Assembly (NCBI GenBank): GCA_963810935.1
Contig: CAWEPK010000007.1
Span: forward strand, 128,001-192,000
Direction of reading: 5' to 3'
Length of the DNA stretch: 64,000 nucleotides
From: an uncultured delta proteobacterium
GTDB lineage: Bacteria > Desulfobacterota > Syntrophorhabdia > Syntrophorhabdales > WCHB1-27
Below are positions 9,374-19,609 of this stretch, piece by piece (positions within the stretch are counted from its first letter, which is position 1; every line of letters begins with the position of its first letter). Under the pieces are notes generated by a model. That model was not told the DNA's origin, did no database searches, and worked only from the letters and a program-made list of their open reading frames with translations. A program made the position numbers and the translations under genes.

Positions 9374-10013
9374 GACGGCCCCCTTCCGGGCCTTCACCCA
9401 TGCGGATGTTACCCACGAGACGCGTTCCCAGCCGCTCCATTTCGTCGAGCATCTGCGCCTGTCGCCGCGAGAAGAAATTATGGGCGAACAAGGCGATTAC
9501 GGCGATCAGGAGCCCAAGGGCAGTCGCGATGAGGGCCTGGGCCACGCCGCCCGTCACACCGGTCGGGTCCACGAGGCCACTTGTCCCGATCAGGTTAAAG
9601 GCGTGCATCATGCCCGTGATCGTCCCCAAAAGACCCAGCAGGGGGGCGGCTGTTATGATGGTTTCGAGCACCCACAGGCCCCGGCTAAGCGCCTTTTCTA
9701 TCAACTGCGCCTCGTTGTCCGCAACCATCTCTATCCACCAGACCGGCTTGGCGCGGTTCGCAATAACGACTTCGATGAACCGCAGGAAATAGTTCCTCCT
9801 GTCGAGTCCCGCCGATTGCCGGTCCAGATCCGACAGGGAAACATCGAGGGTCTCGAAGCGCTCTAGTAGTGACCCTGGAAAGCGCATGTAGCGCCAGTAG
9901 ACGAACGCCTTGTCCAGCACGATCACGACCGCCAGGACCGCGAGCAGCACCAGCGGGTAGACCATCAGACCGCCGAACTTCAGTGCCTCCAGTGCAATGT
10001 GTACCTCTTTCAT
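9360..10013 (-). CDS. exbB: MotA/TolQ/ExbB proton channel protein
   Basis: APLLGLLGTITGM and GVAQALIATALGL motifs. Confidence 0.93.
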   Translation of the reverse strand: MKEVHIALEALKFGGLMVYPLVLLAVLAVVIVLDKAFVYWRYMRFPGSLLERFETLDVSLSDLDRQSAGLDRRNYFLRFIEVVIANRAKPVWWIEMVADNEAQLIEKALSRGLWVLETIITAAPLLGLLGTITGMMHAFNLIGTSGLVDPTGVTGGVAQALIATALGLLIAVIALFAHNFFSRRQAQMLDEMERLGTRLVGNIRMGEGPEGGRHEIP

Positions 10014-10061
10014 GGTAGTCCCTTCTTATGTTGTGATTTTGTTATCGCCGGTGACTCTCCA

Positions 10062-12417
10062 TCAAAACAACTTGGCAAGCCCTGCGAAAAAGCCGATACG
10101 GGGTCCGAATTGGGGTGCGAACACGCCGATCCCCGTCCCGGCCCGGATAGGGTTGATCTTGTCGAGAACGTTGATTATCGAGACGCGCGCCTCGATAGGG
10201 CCGAACCACCCAGCCACGAATTTACGCACTGCCCCTAAATTGACCGAGGTGCTGCTGGCCACGTGGTCCGTGTTCGCGAACCCCGACCGCAAGCCGCTTC
10301 CGAATGTGGCATCGGTGGTGAATTTCGTTCCCCGCCAGATGTAGGAGACACCACCCGAAGCCGTGTAGAGGCTGGTCGTGGTCCGTATGGACCCAGTGGT
10401 TAGAAATGTAAGCGAGCTCGTCCGGCTCGAAGTTGAACTGCCCGGAGATTACCTCTTTGGCCAGGCTCACGGTGCGGGCGAGGTTGCCGTAGGCGGCAAA
10501 ATTGCCTGACTTATAGCTGCTCGTCAGCTCCACTCCGTAGATTTTTCCCTGGGAATAATTGAAAGGGGTGAAGATCGGGGCCTCGGTGAACTGGCCCTCG
10601 TCGATCAAATCCCTGACAATCTTGTAGAAACCGTCGAGGCCGAAGCGCAACTCAGGTGTAACCTTTTGGATAATGCCGGCGTCGAAATAATGTGACCGCT
10701 CGGGCTTGACCGGCGAATCGGCCGTAACCGAGGGCGCATTTGAGGTGCCCTGGAACAGGGCTATGTCCGTTGGCGACACCAGCTCTGTCGGCGGAGGGGT
10801 GAAGTATCGGGCGTATGCGGCGTGCAGCGTGGTCTCGGGCGTCGCCTTGTAAACCAGGCCGAGGCGGGGGCTCAACTGGCCCGCATTCACGTAGGCATTC
10901 ATCTGGTCGGCCCTCAGGCCGTAGTTAACCGTCAGTTTGTCAATCACTTTCCACTCGTCCTGAGCGTAGAGCGCCCCGACGTTAGTGCCGTTCTTGTGGG
11001 TGTTGTCCGTTACATTGTAAGGACCGCCGGTCGTGTTCCCGTTGGCGTCTACCGGGAAGACCGAGGATGTGTTCTGGCTTTCCACGTTTTCGACAAACCC
11101 GAAAAAGCCCGTCCGGATAGTGTGGCTATCACTCAAGTGGTAGCTGCTGTCGCCCTGCATTCCGTTGCTTATGGCGCTGCGGGAGAGCTTCGACGCAACC
11201 CCGTCGAAGGCGAGGTCTCCGATGATATCAGGTCTGAAGCTGACCGTCGTGTCGCGGGTGAAGTAGGCAATTTGATAATCGATGTCAGTCCCGATGGAGC
11301 TTTGCAGCGCGACGATGGCATAACGGTTGGTCTCATTTTGCCGCTCGTTCAAAGTGCCTGAGTCGACGGAGTTAACGCCCAGGGCGGTAAGGTAGTCCGG
11401 ATTGGGGGCCGCCCTCGGACGGTTGGGGATTTGAAAGTAGCCGTCGTAGCTTCCGAACAGAACGCTGACCTTCGTGCTTGGATTGAGTAGGTACGACGCA
11501 TAGCCGAAACCCTTGAACTGATCGGTGTTATCATGGATGGCATTAGGACCCGGGACGGGGTTCTCGATCCCGATACTGTTATGCAGGTAGGAACCGGTTA
11601 AATAATAGCTTGCCTTCCCTTGGGAGCCGCCGAACTGAAAGCTCGGCTGCACCGTATCGCGGCTTCCGCCGTACATATCGACGCGACCTCCGTTCTCGAT
11701 GGCTGTCTTGGTCTCTATCTCTATTACCCCCGCCTCCCGGTAGCCGTATTGGGCAGGCAGGGCGCCGGTCAGGAGGTCCACCCTTTTAGCGAACCGGGTA
11801 TCGAGGACCTGGCCGAAACCCGTGATCCCCTCCGGGAGTGTGACACCGTCAATGCGGTACTGGATGTTCGCATGGTCGCCCCTCACGTGGAGGTGGCCGA
11901 AGGAGTCGTTCGCCACGCCTGGCATTTGGAGCAGCACCTGGTTAAAGGATGTATTCTCCCCCTCGGGTAGGGTCGTAATATCTTCGTGACTGATCGTATA
12001 CTGGCTCCCCCCCGTCTTGGGCGACAGGTTGGTTCTTGCCTGTGCCAATCGCTCCGCCACGACGGACATCTCCAGCGCCTCCTGGGCGGCCATGGTCAAC
12101 GTCGCAGACGCAACCGATCCGGCTTCCACTGTTACGATGGCCGTGCTTTCCTGAAAGCCTTTTTTTGCACCCAAGATTGCGTAGGCGCCCGGCGCAATGC
12201 CCCCAAAAGTGAAGTTGCCGTCTTTATCGCTCTGGGTTTTTTCCAGGGTCTTTTGATCGGGTGTCCTCAATGTCAGGTCGACTCCGGGCAGCGGTCTTCC
12301 CAGGGCGTCCTTGACCGTCCCCTGGATTGTGTCAGTTCTTTCGGGGGCGGCGTGGGCTAGGGCAGCCGCGCCCGCAATGATCAGAGATATGGAGACAAGC
12401 ACTATCATGGTCCTCAT
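10062..12417 (-). CDS. TonB-dependent receptor with N-terminal carboxypeptidase-regulatory-like domain; +1 frameshift near 10370
   Basis: Signal peptide; plug (LQMPGV...HVRGDH..YRIDG); barrel motifs (YAQDEW..NYGLRAD, SPRLG, KPERS). Removing one base near 10370 joins ORF 10222-12438 to the frame ending ...FFAGLAKLF (terminal Phe), giving 784 aa. Confidence 0.9.
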
Positions 12418-12486
12418 GATTGGCCTCCGATTCGGCACCTTAAAACAGCTTTGTTTTGACGGCTTAAATCCGGTTAGAGAATGTTC

Positions 12487-12753
12487 TTAGGCGGGAGGCG
12501 CCCGGTTACGGTGGATAAGGCAGGGAACTTCCGAAAGGCTGACCGTTCCTTCGATGGGGATAGTCAGTATGATAGGATCCGGCGGTGCGACTTGCGGCGA
12601 ATCCGGGAGGACCAGGTTGGAATGGAGGGACGCACAAAGACAAAACGGACAGTCGTTGTCGTGGGAAACGCAGTCCTCGTGATGGTGGAAAGCGAGACCC
12701 AGGATCGAAACCGACAGGCAGGCTAGAAGAAACAGAACGTATTTAGTTTTCAC
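12487..12753 (-). CDS. DUF2946/CruR-like leader peptide (CxxC and C-terminal RAPP)
   Basis: From GTG 12753: MKTKYVLFLLACLSVSILGLAFHHHEDCVSHDNDCPFCLC...IHRNRAPPA*. Ends 70 nt upstream of the TBDR start, same strand. Confidence 0.8.
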   Translation of the reverse strand: MKTKYVLFLLACLSVSILGLAFHHHEDCVSHDNDCPFCLCASLHSNLVLPDSPQVAPPDPIILTIPIEGTVSLSEVPCLIHRNRAPPA

Positions 12754-12894
12754 GTAGCTATATGTTAATCGCCGTGGGTGCAAAAGTAAATGATTATTCC
12801 GAATAGGGCATACTGTTGCGCTCCGCCGGGTCGGTTGTGATATGATAAGCGGGGGCCGACAAAGGCGCTTTATCGCCGACAACAGGGGGAACCA

Positions 12895-14439
12895 ATGAAC
12901 ACAATCGATCTTTTAACGAGAAACGCGCGCATGTGGCCGGACGATACTGCTTTCGTCGAGGTGAGGCCGCAGTCTAAGGAGAGGCTCGGCATCACGTGGA
13001 GGCAGTTCGACGAGCGGACGAGCAGACTGGCAAATGCGCTCCTCCGGGCCGGCGTCAAAAAAGGGGACAGGGTCTTCCTGATGGGGAGGAACTCGATAAA
13101 CTGGCTCGAGGCGTATTTTTCGATCGTAAAGACAGGCGCGTGGGTGAACCCCCTCAACTTCCGTTTTACCCGTGAGAACATCGCTTACTGTGCTGCCGCT
13201 GCGCAGCCCGTCTGCTTCTTCTTCGACGAGGAGTATGCGCCGCTGGTGCTCGCCATGCGGGGCGAGCTGCCCTCCGTGGCCGCCTTCGTCAACATGGGGA
13301 AGGCAGGCTTGCCGGACGTGCTCGGCAAGGAAGGGATGATAGAGGCCGGGAGCCCGGCCGCACCGGCCGTTGAATTGAGCGACGAGGACGAATGCGGCCT
13401 CTACTTCACGTCGGGCACGACGGGCGCGCCCAAGCCGATACTCCTTCTCCACAAGAACCTCTTCTGCACTGCGGTCAACGAGGCGACCAACCTGTTCCTG
13501 ACCAAAGACGACTCCCTTCTCATGATACCGCCCCTCTACCACGTGGCGATGGGGCACCTGCTCGGCTCGATGCTCACAGGGGCCAAAACGGTCCTTCTGA
13601 CGGAAGTGGTGACGCCGCAGACGATCTTCGGAACGATGGACGCAGAAAAGCTGCGCTATGCCTTCATGCTCGTGCCCTGGGTGCTCGACATCCTGGAGGC
13701 CATCGACAGCGGGCGGATCAAGAAGGAAGACTACTCGCTCGCGCAATGGCACATCCTCCAGATGGGCGCGCAGCCGATACCGACGAGCCTGGTGAGGCGG
13801 TGGAAGGTCCATTTCCCCGCGATGGAATGCCATAACACGTACGGGCTGAGCGAGAGCATGGGACCGGGCGCCATACACAACAAGCTGGAAGACGAGAGCA
13901 AGATAGGCGCCATCGGAAAGCCCGGCCTCCTGTGGGACGCCCGCATCGTCGACGGCGCGGGCGGGGACGTGCCGGTCGGCGGGGTCGGCGAGATCGTCCT
14001 CAAGGGCATGGGCGTCATGAAGGAATACTACAAGAACCCGGAGTTGACCGGCCGGACGATAAGGAACGGATGGCTCCATACGGGCGACCTCGGGAAGATG
14101 GACGAGGACGGCTTTATATACCTCGTGGACAGGCTGAAAGACCTGGTCATCAGCGGCGGAGAGAACGTCTATCCGGTGGAAGTGGAAGAGGTGATCCAGA
14201 GGCACGCAAAGGTGCGCGACGTTGCGGTCATCGGGACAGCCGACGACAGGCTTGGCGAGGTGGTGACTGCCGTGATAGAGACGGCAGCGGGCGAGACGTG
14301 TACGGAAGCGGAGATGGCTGCCTACTGCAAGGAGAACCTGCCGCGCTACAAGCAGCCGAAGAAGATCATCTTCGCGACCGTGCCGAGGAACCCGACGGGC
14401 AAACTGGAAAAGACCAAGCTGCGCGAGCTGTATAAGTAA
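12895..14439 (+). CDS. AMP-dependent acyl-CoA synthetase/ligase
   Basis: YFTSGTTGAPK, TYGLSE, GWLHTGDLG, DRLKDLVISGGENVYP and PRNPTGK motifs. Confidence 0.95.
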   Translation: MNTIDLLTRNARMWPDDTAFVEVRPQSKERLGITWRQFDERTSRLANALLRAGVKKGDRVFLMGRNSINWLEAYFSIVKTGAWVNPLNFRFTRENIAYCAAAAQPVCFFFDEEYAPLVLAMRGELPSVAAFVNMGKAGLPDVLGKEGMIEAGSPAAPAVELSDEDECGLYFTSGTTGAPKPILLLHKNLFCTAVNEATNLFLTKDDSLLMIPPLYHVAMGHLLGSMLTGAKTVLLTEVVTPQTIFGTMDAEKLRYAFMLVPWVLDILEAIDSGRIKKEDYSLAQWHILQMGAQPIPTSLVRRWKVHFPAMECHNTYGLSESMGPGAIHNKLEDESKIGAIGKPGLLWDARIVDGAGGDVPVGGVGEIVLKGMGVMKEYYKNPELTGRTIRNGWLHTGDLGKMDEDGFIYLVDRLKDLVISGGENVYPVEVEEVIQRHAKVRDVAVIGTADDRLGEVVTAVIETAAGETCTEAEMAAYCKENLPRYKQPKKIIFATVPRNPTGKLEKTKLRELYK

Positions 14440-14452
14440 TAATGTTTTCTTC

Positions 14453-14510
14453 TTGACAAGCTGCACGAGCGGCTACTATATTTGATGCTGATATAGTTGG
14501 CATCCAAATA
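14453..14510 (+). promoter_or_regulatory. Putative sigma-70 promoter and MarR-type operator
   Basis: TTGACA at 14453, AT-rich -10 near 14474-14482, imperfect palindrome TAGTTGGCATCCAAATA (14494-14510) just before the MarR gene. Confidence 0.5.
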
Positions 14511-14534
14511 TTATGTGTACAATGGATATTGCCG

Positions 14535-15011
14535 ATGCGTAAAACCGGGCGGGATTTTGAGGTTTCCGATACAGTTCAATCCCTGCGCCGTATCTTCAAG
14601 GCGATACAGGATTACTCGCAGGAGGTATCGCGCAGCTTCGGCGTAACGGGGCCGCAGCTCTGGGCGCTCACGACCATTGCCGGGCACGAGGCGCTGCCGC
14701 TGGGCGAGCTGAGCAAAAAGATGTACCTCCACCCCAGCACGGTCACGGGGGTAGTGGACCGGCTGGAAGCCAAAGGGTACGTATCCAGGGACAGGAGCGC
14801 GAGAGACAGGAGGGTCGTCACGGTTTGCCTTACGCCCAAAGGGAAGGAGCTGGTCGGGAGGGCGCCCAACCCCGTCCAGGGGAAGATGATACACGGGCTC
14901 AGGAAACTGGACGGCGAAGAGCTGCGCACAATCTACGTGTCCGTGAAGAAACTGGCCGAGATCGTGGAAGCCGACAACGTAAAGGTTACATTCTTTTTCG
15001 ACAAGGAATGA
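14535..15011 (+). CDS. MarR family transcriptional regulator
   Basis: GVTGPQLWAL...LHPSTVTGVVDRLEAKGYV.R...DRR...LTPKG. Confidence 0.92.
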   Translation: MRKTGRDFEVSDTVQSLRRIFKAIQDYSQEVSRSFGVTGPQLWALTTIAGHEALPLGELSKKMYLHPSTVTGVVDRLEAKGYVSRDRSARDRRVVTVCLTPKGKELVGRAPNPVQGKMIHGLRKLDGEELRTIYVSVKKLAEIVEADNVKVTFFFDKE

Positions 15012-15166
15012 TGCATACAGGTTCTGCCTGACCGGTGCAGGGGCAAGCCCGGGGAAGGTTGCAAGGGGGCTGCCTTTCCCGGGCGCCGGTCTTAGACCGA
15101 TAATGGCCGGCACGCCTGTCCGGCCGGCTGAGCGTATGGACGGCCGGTGCTGAAAAGGTTTACTCT

Positions 15167-16978
15167 ATGGCGATGACCGGCAGCGGCAACGCATTTCATC
15201 CTCGAAGGATCAAGCGCATCTGGCGCGGGACCCTTATAGGCATCCTGATAGGGGTCGTTTCCGGCTTCGGGGCCATCGTTTTCAATTTCCTCCTCCAGAC
15301 CTCGACGCGTTTTTTCATGGAAGACCTGATCCGGTTCATACTTCCCGCGAGCCGGGCGGACGTCTTCTTCCTAGGCGTGCCGCTTGTGCGGTGGGTGGCT
15401 ATTGCGTTCCCTGCCATCGGCGGCCTCATCGCCGGGCTGATCGTCTTCAACTTCGCGCCGGAGGCCGAGGGGCACGGCACCGACGCCATGGTCGACAGCT
15501 TCCACCGGAAGAAGGGCGTCATCCGCAGGAGGGTCCCGATAATCAAGACCATAGCGTCGGCTATCACCATAGGCTCGGGCGGATCGGCGGGAAAAGAGGG
15601 CCCCATTGCGCAGATCGGCGCGGGCTTCGGGTCGTTCCTGGCGTCTGTCCTGAAGGTGGACGACAGGGAGCGCCGCACGATGCTCCTTGCCGGGGCAGCG
15701 GGAGGGATCGGCGCCATCTTCAAGGCCCCGCTCGGGGCCGCACTTTTCGCGACGGAAGTGCTCTACCGCAAGGAGGCCTTCGAGTTCGAGGCCATCATCC
15801 CGTGCATACTTTCTTCCATCGTGGCCTTCACGGTCTATACTTTTTTTAACGGCAGCGAGACGGTCTTCCACGTCCCTGCTCTAGCCATCGCCACGCCTGC
15901 CCAGCTTCCGTTCTACGCGGTGCTGGGCGTGCTCTGCGCGCTTATAGGCCTTCCTTACGTCAGGTTCTTTTATGGACTGCGCGACAGGTTCTTCAGGCGG
16001 CTCGACATGCCCCGCTCGCTCAAGCCCGCTGTCGGCGGCCTCGTGGTCGGGCTTATCGCCGTCTATCTCCCCCAGGTGCTGGGCGGCGGCTATTCATGGA
16101 TGCAGGCGGCCATCGACGGCCGGATGGCCGTCAATGTCATGGCCGCCCTCGTCTTCGCCAAGATCGTCGCCACGTCGTTCACCATAAGCTCCGGAGGCAG
16201 CGGCGGCGTCTTCGCCCCCTCCCTGTTCATAGGCTCCATGCTCGGGGGCGCCTTCGGCATCACCTGCCATACGTTTTTTCCGCATATAGTGACCGAGCCT
16301 TCGGCGTTCGTAATCGTAGGCATGGGCGGTTTCTTCGCGGGGGTGGCCAAGGTGCCGATAGCGGCCCTCATCATGGTTGCGGAGATGACCGGAGGCTACA
16401 GTCTCATCGTCCCCATGATGATTGTCTCGTCGCTTGCGTATCTCCTGCTGGGGAATGTTTCCCTGTACGAAAAACAGGTGGCCGCAAGGGTCGATTCCCC
16501 CGCCCACATGGGCGACTTTGCCGTCGATATCATGGACCACCTGCGGGTGAGGGACGCAGTCGCGGGCGGCCGGAAGTTCGACACGCTCCCGGAGGATATG
16601 CCCTTCGAGCAAATCCTTACGCTCATGCTCGGCTCCAGCCAGCAGGATTTCCCTGTAGTGGACAAAAACGACAAGCTTACGGGCATCATCTCGATGACCG
16701 ACCTGCGGGAGGCGATGGCCGATAGAGTTGCCCACAGCCGCCTTTCCGCCCGCGACATCTCCATGACGACCGGGGTCATGGCTGTGAAGATGGACGATAC
16801 CCTCAATGAGGCCCTGCGCGCACTCGCCGTCCTCGACGTCAGGGAGCTTCCGGTTGTGGACGAAGACGACCCCGGAAAGGTCATCGCCCTCGTAGGCCGC
16901 AAAGAAATCACCGGCGCGTACCACAGCCGCATGGAAGCCCTCAAGAACCCGTCCCACCACCAACAGCCCGCCCCGTAA
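15167..16978 (+). CDS. ClC family chloride channel/antiporter with CBS pair
   Basis: AEGHGTD, GGSAGKEGP and GGSGGVFAPSL motifs; C-terminal CBS domains (FPVVD, LPVVD). Confidence 0.95.
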   Translation: MAMTGSGNAFHPRRIKRIWRGTLIGILIGVVSGFGAIVFNFLLQTSTRFFMEDLIRFILPASRADVFFLGVPLVRWVAIAFPAIGGLIAGLIVFNFAPEAEGHGTDAMVDSFHRKKGVIRRRVPIIKTIASAITIGSGGSAGKEGPIAQIGAGFGSFLASVLKVDDRERRTMLLAGAAGGIGAIFKAPLGAALFATEVLYRKEAFEFEAIIPCILSSIVAFTVYTFFNGSETVFHVPALAIATPAQLPFYAVLGVLCALIGLPYVRFFYGLRDRFFRRLDMPRSLKPAVGGLVVGLIAVYLPQVLGGGYSWMQAAIDGRMAVNVMAALVFAKIVATSFTISSGGSGGVFAPSLFIGSMLGGAFGITCHTFFPHIVTEPSAFVIVGMGGFFAGVAKVPIAALIMVAEMTGGYSLIVPMMIVSSLAYLLLGNVSLYEKQVAARVDSPAHMGDFAVDIMDHLRVRDAVAGGRKFDTLPEDMPFEQILTLMLGSSQQDFPVVDKNDKLTGIISMTDLREAMADRVAHSRLSARDISMTTGVMAVKMDDTLNEALRALAVLDVRELPVVDEDDPGKVIALVGRKEITGAYHSRMEALKNPSHHQQPAP

Positions 16979-17265
16979 ACGGCAGGCCAAGCGCACTTGG
17001 AAACTTTGCCCCTACCCGGAAGCGTACGACACCCGTTCCTACGCGCATAAAGGCTCCACTCCCCACCATCGTAAGGCTCCGCCTCGCTTGATGTGCGTGG
17101 CGTAGCACGAGCAAGGAAGATCGAGCACGCACACCATCCTTCCAGGACCGCTATGCTACGCCAACGATGGTTAGCGGTCGTTCCACCACATGCGCTTAAG
17201 GAAGGGTGTCGTACGCTTCCGAACCGGGGTGGGTTGGCCAAATGGGCTTGGCATGCCGTTAACGG
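16973..17265. ncRNA. Candidate structured RNA or MITE-like element (unassigned)
   Basis: Nested long-range inverted repeats: 16973-16992/17246-17265 (18/20), 17017-17034/17204-17221 (18/18), plus several perfect 8-10-bp helices. See findings. Confidence 0.55.
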
Positions 17266-17274
17266 CGATAGCCA

Positions 17275-17325
17275 TTGACATCCACCGCCCGCGCCCTTAA
17301 ACTAAATAGAAACCATTTCTATCTA
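17275..17325 (+). promoter_or_regulatory. Sigma-70 promoter with overlapping Zur box
   Basis: TTGACA(17275)-N17-TAAACT(17298); 23-bp palindrome TAAATAGAAA-CCA-TTTCTATCTA (17303-17325) directly upstream of the Fur-family gene and znu operon. Confidence 0.8.
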
Positions 17326-17336
17326 AGCAGGGACAC

Positions 17337-17777
17337 ATGCCGGATGACAACGACTTCGACGCGCTGTTGAGAGGCCTCGGCCTCAAGGTCACCCCCCGGC
17401 GCCTCGCCGTCCTCTCGGTCATGTCCGGCGCATCCGTTTTTCTCTCGCCCGAAGAAATCTGGAAAAAGGTCCGCAGGCGCGCAGGCAGCGTCGGCCTGCC
17501 CACCGTCTACCGCATCCTCGAAGAGCTTGCGTCCGGCGGGGTCGTCACGCGCGTGCTCCACGACAACCGCCAGCTTTACTATTACCTTTGCACGAACCCG
17601 CGCCATCACCACCATTTCGTCTGCCTCTCCTGCCACAAGGTCGAGGACGTCGACCTGTGCGCCCTCGACGCGCTGGAGCGCGAGGTGGAACAGCGCATTC
17701 AGGGCGCCCTTGTCTCGCACGTCCTCCAGTTGCAGGGCCTCTGCCGCGATTGCTGCGAAAGGAGGGAAAAGGCTTGA
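17337..17777 (+). CDS. zur: Fur family regulator, probably zinc uptake regulator
   Basis: GLKVTPRR, GLPTVYRIL, HHHHFVCLSC and GLCRDC; heads the Zn ABC operon. Confidence 0.85.
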   Translation: MPDDNDFDALLRGLGLKVTPRRLAVLSVMSGASVFLSPEEIWKKVRRRAGSVGLPTVYRILEELASGGVVTRVLHDNRQLYYYLCTNPRHHHHFVCLSCHKVEDVDLCALDALEREVEQRIQGALVSHVLQLQGLCRDCCERREKA

Positions 17778-18775
17778 GCAGACCGGCCGCAACCCTCATA
17801 CACCCCATCGCATATATTGCCGCCATAGCCGTGCTTGCCGTCATGCTTTCGTTTGCCGCATGCGGCAGACAGGAGGCGAGCCGGGGCGGGCACGGAGGCA
17901 AGCGCCTCACAGTCGTAACTACGCTCTTCCCCCTCTACGATTTCAGCCGGACCGTAGGCGGCGACAAGGCCGATGTCTCGCTGCTTCTGCCTCCGGGCGT
18001 CGAGCCGCACAGCTTCGAGCCCAGGCCGGCCGACCTCCTGCGGATACACAAGGCGGACATATTCGTCTACACCGGGGACTTCATGGAGCCGTGGGCCGCC
18101 ACGCTGGTTAAAGGCGTAGGTAAGGACGGGCCCCTCGTCGTCGATTCGAGCAAGGGCTTGGCGCTCTCACAGAAGCAGACAGGAGGCGCTGCCGACGAAA
18201 GGCACGGGCACGCTGACGACGGAGCGGCAGGCAATGGTCCAGGTTTGCGCGACCCGCACATCTGGCTCGACCTCGCCAACGCGAAGGTCATGGTCGATAA
18301 CATCCTTGCGGCGTTCGTTGCGAGGGACCCGGCAAACAGGCAGTTTTACGAGAAGAACGCGGGGGAGTACAAGGCGAATCTTTCGGCCCTCGATGAGAAG
18401 TTCAGGGCGACCCTGGCCTCGTGCAAAACGCGCCTCTTCGTCCACGGCGGCCATTATGCTTTCAACTACCTCGCCAGGAGGTACGGGCTGAGGTACGTCT
18501 CCGTTTACGGCTTGACGCCCGACGCGGAGCCGAGCCCCAGGCGCCTCGCCTCCATCGTCGATCAGATCAGGCGCAACCATCTCAAGTATATCTTTTATGA
18601 GGAGCTTCTTCAGCCGAGGATGGCCGAGACGCTCGCGTCGGAGACCGGCGCGCGCCTGCTGCCTCTGAACGGCGGTCATAACGTGACGCGCGACGACCTG
18701 GCGAAGGGCGTCACGTTCATATCGATACTGGAAGGCGACCTCGCCAACCTGAGCGTGGGGCTGCAATGCAAATAG
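17774..18775 (+). CDS. znuA: Zn ABC transporter substrate-binding lipoprotein
   Basis: TTG start overlapping the zur stop, GGAGG RBS; FAAC lipobox; GVEPHSFEP, His-containing loop, DPHIWLD. Confidence 0.88.
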   Translation: MSRPAATLIHPIAYIAAIAVLAVMLSFAACGRQEASRGGHGGKRLTVVTTLFPLYDFSRTVGGDKADVSLLLPPGVEPHSFEPRPADLLRIHKADIFVYTGDFMEPWAATLVKGVGKDGPLVVDSSKGLALSQKQTGGAADERHGHADDGAAGNGPGLRDPHIWLDLANAKVMVDNILAAFVARDPANRQFYEKNAGEYKANLSALDEKFRATLASCKTRLFVHGGHYAFNYLARRYGLRYVSVYGLTPDAEPSPRRLASIVDQIRRNHLKYIFYEELLQPRMAETLASETGARLLPLNGGHNVTRDDLAKGVTFISILEGDLANLSVGLQCK

Positions 18776-19527
18776 ACGTGGTATCAGCGGCCGGCCTTTC
18801 GTTCAGCTACGAGACGAAGCCCGTCCTGCGGGACGTCGCCTTCTCGGTCTCGGCGGGCGACTACGTGGGGCTTGTGGGGCCGAACGGCTCGGGCAAGAGC
18901 ACGCTCGTCCGACTGCTCCTCGGCCTGGAGGCGCCGGGCGCGGGGAGCATCTCGCTTTTCGGCGTACCCTCGCAGTCCTTCCAGGAGTGGCACAGGGTCG
19001 GCTACCTGCCGCAGAAAAACGCGGCCCTGAGCAGGTTCTTTCCGGCGACCGTGCAGGAGATCGTTGCCCTGGGCCTTGTGCAGAAAGGGTCGCACCACAA
19101 AGGCGGCCGCAGCGGCTCGCACGCGCGTAAGGCAGTGAGCAGGGCGATGGAGCTGGTCGATATCGCAGACATCGGGGGCAGGCTCATAGGGTCGCTATCA
19201 GGCGGCCAGCAGCAGCGGGTGCTGCTCGCGCGGGCCCTCGTCAGGGAGCCGGAACTGCTCATCCTCGACGAGCCGACTATCGCGATAGACCCGGAGATCA
19301 GGGAGCGCTTCTTAAAAGTCCTGTCCGGCCTCAACAGCGAGACGGGCGTGACGGTGCTGCTGGTTACGCACGACACGGGCAGCATCGGGAAGTACGCAAA
19401 AAAGCTGCTCTACCTGGAAAACGAGGTCGTCTTCTACGGGGGGTTCGACGAGTTCTGCCTCTCCGAGGAGATGACGAAGCTGTTCGGTGCTTTTGCGCAG
19501 CACCTGATATGCCACAGGCATGAATAA
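18766..19527 (+). CDS. znuC: Metal ABC transporter ATP-binding protein
   Basis: GPNGSGKST, VGYLPQ, LSGGQQQR, ILDEPT, VTHD. Confidence 0.9.
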   Translation: MQIDVVSAAGLSFSYETKPVLRDVAFSVSAGDYVGLVGPNGSGKSTLVRLLLGLEAPGAGSISLFGVPSQSFQEWHRVGYLPQKNAALSRFFPATVQEIVALGLVQKGSHHKGGRSGSHARKAVSRAMELVDIADIGGRLIGSLSGGQQQRVLLARALVREPELLILDEPTIAIDPEIRERFLKVLSGLNSETGVTVLLVTHDTGSIGKYAKKLLYLENEVVFYGGFDEFCLSEEMTKLFGAFAQHLICHRHE

Positions 19528-19609
19528 TTGCTGCAACTGCGGGTGGTCGGTATTGGTAATGGAATAAAAAGACAAGGATTAGGCGGGTGGTTATAATTCA
19601 GGGCTCACG

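Noticed and set aside
15012..15166. Fluoride riboswitch upstream of the ClC gene
   Set aside because: No GGCGATGG..TTCGCC / GCTAATGAC-type consensus, and the ClC has GHGTD/GKEGP rather than fluoride-exporter signatures.
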